Shown in pieces: positions 58,209 to 64,000 of a stretch of 64,000 bases of DNA. Below the pieces are notes generated by a model. The model ran no database searches. It was not told the origin of the DNA and saw only the letters and a program-made list of their open reading frames with translations. Numbering within the stretch: the first letter of the stretch is position 1; every line of letters begins with the position of its first letter. Origin of the DNA: Myxococcales bacterium. Its GTDB lineage: Bacteria; Myxococcota_A; UBA9042. A program made the position numbers and the translations under genes. The stretch is taken from positions 1-64,000 of the forward strand of contig JBBISH010000012.1 in NCBI GenBank assembly GCA_037441385.1. Direction: 5' to 3'.

Positions 58209-59626
58209 GCCGCCCCCATTTCGCGCAATTGCTGGTTGTATATGTTCAGTTCCCAGTCATTCAAAGCGCTCAGCTGGCACCGCAGCACGTTAGCTACCGC
58301 CGTGGGCACAGCGTCGGGGCGGCCCCAGTCGCGACAGCAGTACGCCCAGACCACCGCGAGGCCGTCGGGGCCGATGGCATCGCGCAACGCCTCGCAAGCC
58401 TGTGCCACCTGGTCTGCCTTTGCCGGCGCTGACACCGCTGCAAAGGTCGGGCCCGCGCGTTGGATCGCAGGCGCCGCAGGTTGCGGTACGTTCGGCTTGA
58501 ATTCTCGACGCATTCTGCAGCCGCGGGCGATCAGCAGGGTTTGCCACGCCGCCGCATACTTGTCGCCTGCATCGTCGGCATGAGTGCGGAGCGCCACGGG
58601 CCATCCCTCGGGCACCACAGCACCCAGCGCCGGATCAGCCGATCCGTTCCAAATCCCCCACACGGCAGATCGCTTGCCTTTGGGCAGTTCCGACGCAACC
58701 GTCACCGCCAACCGCAACCAGTCGGGCACGCCCTCGGCAATTTCGACCAGGGGGAGGCCATGCGAGCGCGGGTCGGCCCCTGTCGCAAGCACAAGGCCAG
58801 CCGCTGACGCACGGCCGGGCCACGCGGCCTTGTCAGCCGGGCCGTAGGCCGGCAGCACGTTGCGCGCGTGCAAGCTCGCCACCCGCAGCCGTCCAGGGGT
58901 GTCGGGGTCCGCTTCCCATGCTCGCACCACCAGGCGGTGCCCGCTCGCCGTCCAGGGCTTGCCGTCTTTGTACCGCGCCCACCGGGGCAGGTTCGCCAGG
59001 TCGGCCGGCAACGCGCGCGCCAAGTCGAACTTTGCGACCGTCGCCGGGTCGATCGCGCCGTCGTGTCGCCCGGCCAGCCAAGCCGCCATCTCGGGGTCGG
59101 CAGTCACGGGCAGGCAGCGCGCCCAAAGGGCCGCAACCTCTGCCGCAGGGGGCCGGGGCTTGGGTTGGTTGACCTGGACGGCCACCGTTGCACGCCGAGG
59201 CCGGGCAAGTGTAGCCGGGGTCGATCCGCCGTCTGGCGAAGCGTCACACCAGCCGCGTGCCGCGTACCATTCGCGCACCTGCGCGCTCGTGTCGCTGTCG
59301 CCCTTTGCCCACGCCCTGCCGGTCAAGGACCAGGCGACCAGCGCCAGCCCGTCACCTTTGGCGCCGCAACCTTCGGTGCCGTTGCTGCAGCAGGCCCAGC
59401 GCTTGCCGTCGGCTTCGATGCGGCACCGCCCACGCCGGTCGGTTCGGCCTGGGTTGGCACGCGTGGCCATGCCGCAGCTCGGGCACGGGCCAAAGCTCTT
59501 GCCGTCGCGATGCAAATCGAGGCCCAGTGTGGCCACCACTTCGGGCAGTGGCGCGCGGCAGGCGTCGTCGAGCCAGTTGCTCGGTGTGCGGTCCGTGCCG
59601 TGACGGCTCAGGGTGGGCGGCGTCAT
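58205..59626 (-). CDS. Primase-like protein (Zn finger plus TOPRIM)
   Basis: GPCPSC...W.CC...CGAKGDG zinc-binding domain; IAEGVPDWL and HADDAG TOPRIM-like motifs; ATGA coupling. Confidence 0.75.
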   Translation of the reverse strand: MTPPTLSRHGTDRTPSNWLDDACRAPLPEVVATLGLDLHRDGKSFGPCPSCGMATRANPGRTDRRGRCRIEADGKRWACCSNGTEGCGAKGDGLALVAWSLTGRAWAKGDSDTSAQVREWYAARGWCDASPDGGSTPATLARPRRATVAVQVNQPKPRPPAAEVAALWARCLPVTADPEMAAWLAGRHDGAIDPATVAKFDLARALPADLANLPRWARYKDGKPWTASGHRLVVRAWEADPDTPGRLRVASLHARNVLPAYGPADKAAWPGRASAAGLVLATGADPRSHGLPLVEIAEGVPDWLRLAVTVASELPKGKRSAVWGIWNGSADPALGAVVPEGWPVALRTHADDAGDKYAAAWQTLLIARGCRMRREFKPNVPQPAAPAIQRAGPTFAAVSAPAKADQVAQACEALRDAIGPDGLAVVWAYCCRDWGRPDAVPTAVANVLRCQLSALNDWELNIYNQQLREMGAA

Positions 59627-59949
59627 GGCGCCACATCGGTTGCCAGTTCTTCGGTCCTGGGCGGCTGCGGTGAAGGTGAGTCGGCCAGCGAAGGGCTGGG
59701 CAACTCCGGGGCGGGCTCGGTCAGCCGCAGCAGGAACTCGATCGCTTGCCGCGCCTGTTCGCGATCCAGCTTGTTGGCCAGCCCGAAAAGGTACAGCTGC
59801 TGACCGCGGCTCATGGCCTTCGGCGGGCCCATCAACCAGGCGATGAGAAACCCGGCTTCGGGCTTGCTCAGCGCCTTCAAGCGGTCCGGGGCGGTCAAGC
59901 CATCGAGGTAGCGAAGTTGACCGTCGCTGGCGGTGACATGCGTGCTCAT
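59623..59949 (-). CDS. Hypothetical protein with two short Q..YL..L repeats
   Basis: ATGA-coupled on both sides; ASDGQLRYL / MSRGQQLYL. Confidence 0.7.
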   Translation of the reverse strand: MSTHVTASDGQLRYLDGLTAPDRLKALSKPEAGFLIAWLMGPPKAMSRGQQLYLFGLANKLDREQARQAIEFLLRLTEPAPELPSPSLADSPSPQPPRTEELATDVAP

Positions 59950-60170
59950 TTCTGCACCGCCGCGGGTACCCGGTGCGACTTCAAGAACGCCTCCAAGGCG
60001 TGTTGCTCAAACAGGACCGTGCGGGCCCCGAGCCGGACGTGGTCGATCCGTTTGTGGTGGACGAGGGAGTAGAGCGAACCAACTGGAATTCCAAGGAACT
60101 TCGCAGCCGACTCGTAGCGGTGAATGATGGTGCTGGTGGGCTTGTCCGTGGCTTCAGGGCTTGTCGCCAT
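59946..60170 (-). CDS. Excisionase / HTH_17 (AlpA-like) DNA-binding protein
   Basis: SAAKFLGIPVGSLYSLVHHKRIDHVRLGARTVLF; AAGGAG RBS. Confidence 0.85.
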   Translation of the reverse strand: MATSPEATDKPTSTIIHRYESAAKFLGIPVGSLYSLVHHKRIDHVRLGARTVLFEQHALEAFLKSHRVPAAVQK

Positions 60171-60308
60171 CTTGGCTCCTTCGTACGGCGGCTGATTCCG
60201 TCGTACACGAGCCAAATTGCGCTGAGCTTGAGGGGCGCGGAAGACGCCGGATCCGTGCGAATCCTGGTTCTTCCCGGCAACATGCCATTCTACATGGCAT
60301 TTTTCGTG

Positions 60309-61418
60309 CTACTGTGCACGAAATTGCAGAACCTTTGCGCCCGTCGAGGCTGGCGCCGCCGAGCCGAACCGGCCGTAGTCTTCGGCAAACGCAGCGGGCT
60401 GCAGGTGGGCGTAGCGCATGGTCATCTGGATCGACTGATGGCCCAGAATCTTCTGCAGTTTCCACAGGTCGCCGCCGTTCATCGCCCAGTGGCTGGCAAA
60501 CGTGTGGCGCAAGCTGTGAAAGTGGATCGCGTGCTTGTAGCGGCCCGACGCGGGACGCTTGAACCCGGCGGCGTCCAGCACGTCATGTAGGCGCTCTTGG
60601 AAGATCCGGGCGCTGGGCTGGTGCTGCTGCCCATCGCGGTTGGGAAAGACCAGGTCCGTTGGATTCCGCTGCAGCCAGTCGCGCAGCACAGGTAGCAGCG
60701 GATCCAAGATCGGTACGGGGCGCGAGCGCCCGCTCTTGGTCGGGCCCGCGTGGCTGCGCTGGACCATGATCAGTCGCCGTGCAAAGTTCACATCGGACCA
60801 GCGCAGGGCCGCCAGTTCGCCAACCCGCAGACCGGTGTACACGGCAGTCGCATACATCACGAAGACGTCGGGGCCGGCCTCGGCGGCTGCGGCCAAGAAG
60901 CGGTCGATGTCGTCCTGGCTCTGCAGAAACGTGTAATCTTCGGCATCTACATAGGTCTTGGGCTTCTTGATGCGCGGCAGGGTCGCCAGCCACCCCAGGT
61001 CGATCGCTGTGCGGAGCATGGTGCCGAGGAGCGTCAGGATGTTCGACACCGTCTTGGGGCTCAGATCGCGCTTGCTTGCCCGCAGGGCGTCGATGTGCGC
61101 CACGCCGATCGCCGTGAGCCGCAACGGCCCCAAGGCAGGCTTGAGGTGCTTGCGGATGACGCTCTGGTCGTCCTTCTGGCTGCGCTTCTCCACCGCGTGG
61201 TTGGCGAGCCAGTACTCGCACAGCTCGTCGAACGTGTGCTCGATCGGCGGAGCCGGGCGACTCCCCGCCTTGATCGCGTCGACCTCGGCTTGGCGGGCCC
61301 GCAGCGCCTTCTCGGCGTCGCGGTGGTTGTCGTGGAGTTCAGAGCACCGCTTTCCCGTGTGATCGGTCCAGCGGATACGGTACTTGTCGCGGAATTTCTC
61401 GGGGGTTGCCATGCGCAT
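60309..61418 (-). CDS. Tyrosine recombinase / phage-type integrase
   Basis: TGLRVGE, TKSG, HSLRH, LGH, MRYAH catalytic residues; adjacent to att. Confidence 0.96.
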   Translation of the reverse strand: MRMATPEKFRDKYRIRWTDHTGKRCSELHDNHRDAEKALRARQAEVDAIKAGSRPAPPIEHTFDELCEYWLANHAVEKRSQKDDQSVIRKHLKPALGPLRLTAIGVAHIDALRASKRDLSPKTVSNILTLLGTMLRTAIDLGWLATLPRIKKPKTYVDAEDYTFLQSQDDIDRFLAAAAEAGPDVFVMYATAVYTGLRVGELAALRWSDVNFARRLIMVQRSHAGPTKSGRSRPVPILDPLLPVLRDWLQRNPTDLVFPNRDGQQHQPSARIFQERLHDVLDAAGFKRPASGRYKHAIHFHSLRHTFASHWAMNGGDLWKLQKILGHQSIQMTMRYAHLQPAAFAEDYGRFGSAAPASTGAKVLQFRAQ

Positions 61419-61569
61419 CCTTTTAGGTGCGCGCGTCCAGTTGCGGAAGAATACGAAACCGACCGGATCCTGGTTTTCCAGCCCGGTATGCGACTTCTAG
61501 CGACGAAAGCGCCCGGGTGCCGGCCGCGCAACAGTGTCTTGCGCAGCGGCAGGGGCCCCGGTGGGTCCG

Positions 61570-61591
61570 TGGTCACAAAGTGGTCACAAAA
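61570..61591. promoter_or_regulatory. Putative integrase arm-type sites (right end)
   Basis: TGGTCACAAAG-TGGTCACAAAA tandem 11-mers between int and att. Confidence 0.65.
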
Positions 61592-61595
61592 CGCC

Positions 61596-61636
61596 GAAAG
61601 CCCGGCACCTACGGCGAACGTAAGTACCGGGCTTTC
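61596..61636 (-). terminator. Element-supplied hairpin terminator for the tRNA
   Basis: GAAAGCCCGG...CCGGGCTTTC stem followed by GGCGTTTT on the minus strand. Confidence 0.6.
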
Positions 61637-61642
61637 TTGGAG

Positions 61643-61716
61643 TCGCGGGGGCAGGATTTGAACCTGCGACCTTCGGGTTATGAGTGGCGGACGCTGACCT
61701 TGGTGGCCACCCCGCA
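61643..61716 (-). tRNA. tRNA-Met(CAT), initiator-like, with non-canonical nt 11-32 (possible pseudogene or consensus error)
   Basis: TGCGGGGTGG...CTCATAACCCGAAGGTCGCAGGTTCAAATCCTGCCCCCGCGA: acceptor stem, T-arm and CAT loop intact, length correct (74 nt before CCA), but D-arm and 5' anticodon-stem strand do not pair canonically. Confidence 0.7.
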
Positions 61717-61723
61717 GTCAGGC

Positions 61724-61752
61724 CTTGTAAAGGAAGTGGGGCAGGCTGTCAA
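61724..61752 (-). promoter_or_regulatory. sigma70 promoter of the tRNA
   Basis: TTGACA-N17-TACAAG ending 7 nt before the tRNA 5' end. Confidence 0.7.
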
Positions 61753-61871
61753 CGCGCCGCACAAAAAAACGGACAGGCGCCTGTCGATTGTTTCGGCCAC
61801 TGGTCGGGCTGGTTGGCCGGCAGTATGCATTTCAGGACATTGTGCCGGCAGCGCGACGGCGGGAACGGTGA

Positions 61872-62201
61872 TCACGCGACGGCGTCGTCGATCTCTTCCA
61901 GCAGGTCCTCCGCATCGCCGCGCGGCCCGGCGTGGGACTGGGCGATCGCGAGCCGGAGCGCCTCTTGCGCCAGCGACCGGGCCTGGGCATGGGCCCCGAG
62001 CGCGACCAGTGCCTGCGCCCGGCGCAACCACGCCATCATCAAATCCGGCTGCAGTACGGCAGCTCGCTCAAAGGCGTGCTCGGCCTCGGCGTAGCGCAGG
62101 CCCTCGAACAGCGCTTGCCCGAGCGAGAACCACACCAGCTCGTTGTCGGGATCCTCAGCCAACATGGCCCGGAAGCTCTGGATTCGCGCGTCATCGGTCA
62201 T
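61872..62201 (-). CDS. Small TPR protein
   Basis: MTDDARIQSFRAMLAEDPDNELVWFSLGQAL...A...F..A....PD. Confidence 0.82.
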   Translation of the reverse strand: MTDDARIQSFRAMLAEDPDNELVWFSLGQALFEGLRYAEAEHAFERAAVLQPDLMMAWLRRAQALVALGAHAQARSLAQEALRLAIAQSHAGPRGDAEDLLEEIDDAVA

Positions 62202-62531
62202 CGTTGCCCAAAGCCGCCCTCCAAGGCGGCAGTTGCGGCGATTGTGGCGCAGCGGCGCGACCAGCGCCAGCAGCGCGCGACCAATCCTTCCTGCTTGGGC
62301 TGGGCCGCCAGCAATCGCACAGGATAGTCCTATGAAATCATCGGACATCAGAGGGAACGTTTTGCGCGGTGCTCGGCCAGGATTCCGCCGGCGGCTGGTC
62401 TGCGGACTGCGCGCAGGTTGCGTTTTTTTGCGCGACGCTCGGCCTGCTCGTACGCTGCGTGCGGCGTTTGGGCTGCGACTCGCTGGGCGGCGAGTTCGGA
62501 TCGCTACCGCCCGCAAACTGCCGAGGTGTCC

Positions 62532-63827
62532 GTGAAGCGCCCGCGTCTGCAACTGTCGATAACTCAAACGCTCGCCGTCCTTGGCAGCCTGACTGTGGTC
62601 GCCGCGACCCTGGCCTGGGCCAGCCGGCCTGTGGCGGTGCCCCCAGCGCCTCCCCGTCCGCAGGCCGCCGCTCCGGCCCCGCGACCGGCACCGCCGCCGC
62701 CCCCGCTGGTCATGCAGGCTGCCGAGATCAAGACGGCCCAGGCTGGCCCAGACGGCCGCCTGGTGCTGCCGCGCGCTCCGCATCCGCAGCCGACCACCCT
62801 GCAAGACGACCTGCAGCGCGCCGTGGCCGACGAGCTGGCCAAGTCTGGGCTGCCCTACGGCGCCGTGGTGCTGATGGACCCCAAGACGGGCGCCGTACTC
62901 GCGATGGCCGAGACCCGCGACGAAGCCGACCCCGTCGGACGCATCGGCGATCTGACCCGGCCCACGGTGCCGGCGGCGTCGGTGTTCAAGATCGTCACGG
63001 CGGCGGCCCTGCTCGAATCGGGGCACAAGCCCGACCTAACGGCGTGTTTTCATGGCGGATTGCATGGTCTCGACGCATCGCACTTGGTGGAGCGCCCGAG
63101 CGATCGGCGTTGCGAGACGCTGACCGAAGCGCTGGCACGCTCGTCGAATGCCGCGTTTGCGCGGTTTGCCCTCCGCGACCTGGAGCCAGGGGCGCTGACG
63201 AAAATGGCCAATGCTTTTGGGTTCAACCGCACCCTGCCCGGCGATGTGGCGCTGTCGCCGTCTCCGTTTGCCGAAGCGACGCAACCGCTGGAGCGTGCCC
63301 GCAACGCCGCCGGTTTTGCCGGATCGCAACTGAGCCCATTGCATGCCGCCTGGTTGGCCGCGGTGGTGGCGAGCGACGGGCATGTGCCCAGGATTGCTGC
63401 GCTTGGCTTGGGCGATCCGGCGGTGGTGGGCCCAACGGCCGTACCACCGATCAGCGAGGCAACGGCCCGCAGCTTGCGCGCGATGATGGTGCAAACGACG
63501 GAGATCGGGACCGGCCGGCACGCGTTTGCCGTACGCCCCAAGTCGCTCCGAGGTATCGATGTGGGCGGCAAGACGGGTTCACTCTCTGCTCCAGAAGGCG
63601 AGATGTTTCGCCATGTTTCGTGGTTCGTCGGCTTTGCCCCGGCCGACCGGCCCCAGGTTGCCGTGGCCGCCTTGGCGATCAACGGCTGGAAGTGGAAGGT
63701 CAAGGCTCCGGCCCTGGCCCGCGATGCGCTGGGGATCTACTTCGACAAGTCCGGTGCGCGCACCGCCTTGGATGTTTCGCCGCCAGCCTCGCCAGCCCCC
63801 ACTCGTGCGGCCACGCCCGCTGGCTAG
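62532..63827 (+). CDS. Penicillin-binding protein, transpeptidase domain with membrane anchor
   Basis: SVFK, SSN, KTG motifs, WFVGFAP; N-terminal TM and Pro-rich linker. Confidence 0.9.
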   Translation: MKRPRLQLSITQTLAVLGSLTVVAATLAWASRPVAVPPAPPRPQAAAPAPRPAPPPPPLVMQAAEIKTAQAGPDGRLVLPRAPHPQPTTLQDDLQRAVADELAKSGLPYGAVVLMDPKTGAVLAMAETRDEADPVGRIGDLTRPTVPAASVFKIVTAAALLESGHKPDLTACFHGGLHGLDASHLVERPSDRRCETLTEALARSSNAAFARFALRDLEPGALTKMANAFGFNRTLPGDVALSPSPFAEATQPLERARNAAGFAGSQLSPLHAAWLAAVVASDGHVPRIAALGLGDPAVVGPTAVPPISEATARSLRAMMVQTTEIGTGRHAFAVRPKSLRGIDVGGKTGSLSAPEGEMFRHVSWFVGFAPADRPQVAVAALAINGWKWKVKAPALARDALGIYFDKSGARTALDVSPPASPAPTRAATPAG

Positions 63828-64000
63828 AAAGCGCTCAAAAGAACTCCCGAATCTGCGACAGACGTCGCGTGCAAGCCGACCACGCCAAGCGGGCGTGCGG
63901 CCGCGATGTGGCCCAACGCAGCGCGGTTCTGGCCGCTACCGCGACGCCCCCCTTCATGTCGAGCGATCTGCCGGCCGTTGGGGGGCTTGACGCCGCACGC

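Larger units (their letters stand above)
47614..61706. mobile_element. 14.1-kb tRNA-Met-integrated element (satellite/PICI-like or integrative replicon)
   Basis: 65-bp flanking direct repeats; integrase next to the tRNA end; xis-primase-helicase-rep-iterons; arm-type repeats at both ends; no virion or T4SS genes recognised. Confidence 0.9.

Noticed and set aside
47614..61706. Complete prophage or conjugative ICE
   Set aside because: No recognisable capsid, portal, terminase, tail, lysis, relaxase or T4SS genes.

Overview
High-GC bacterial chromosomal segment with a myxobacterial (Myxococcota-like) gene repertoire: three Ser/Thr kinases, three FHA proteins, PilZ, TPR and Cys-rich lipoproteins. 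The taxonomy is inferred from gene content. Backbone genes include fhs, thiS-thiG-thiE (coupled to a wzx/O-antigen-ligase/sugar-transferase operon), radC plus a ComEA-like gene behind a sigma54 promoter, a large FG-GAP lipoprotein, rsmG, GDPD, ribB with a degenerate GTP cyclohydrolase II domain, a five-gene Haliangium-type microcompartment locus (BMC-T, BMC-H, BMC-P, aldehyde dehydrogenase, BMC-T), pssA and a PBP. A 14.1-kb element (47614-61706) is integrated at a tRNA-Met(CAT) gene between perfect 65-bp direct repeats. It carries a tyrosine integrase, xis, primase, DnaB-like helicase, a putative Rep with 22-bp-period iterons, HTH regulators, an SF2 helicase and two cargo lipoproteins (Bor-like; Cys-rich with C2 domain). 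It has no recognisable virion or conjugation genes. Most unusual signals: (1) a MITE-like palindromic element in three copies, one inserted in frame into a signal peptide; (2) a 104-bp tandem array whose units each fold into a tRNA-like minihelix ending in ACCA; (3) the target tRNA has a length-preserving non-canonical 22-nt D-arm/anticodon-stem segment; (4) a shared 35-bp motif upstream of two sigma54 promoters, one for radC-comEA and one for a hairpin-rich candidate sRNA. All calls are by eye from sequence and ORF translations; no database searches were run.
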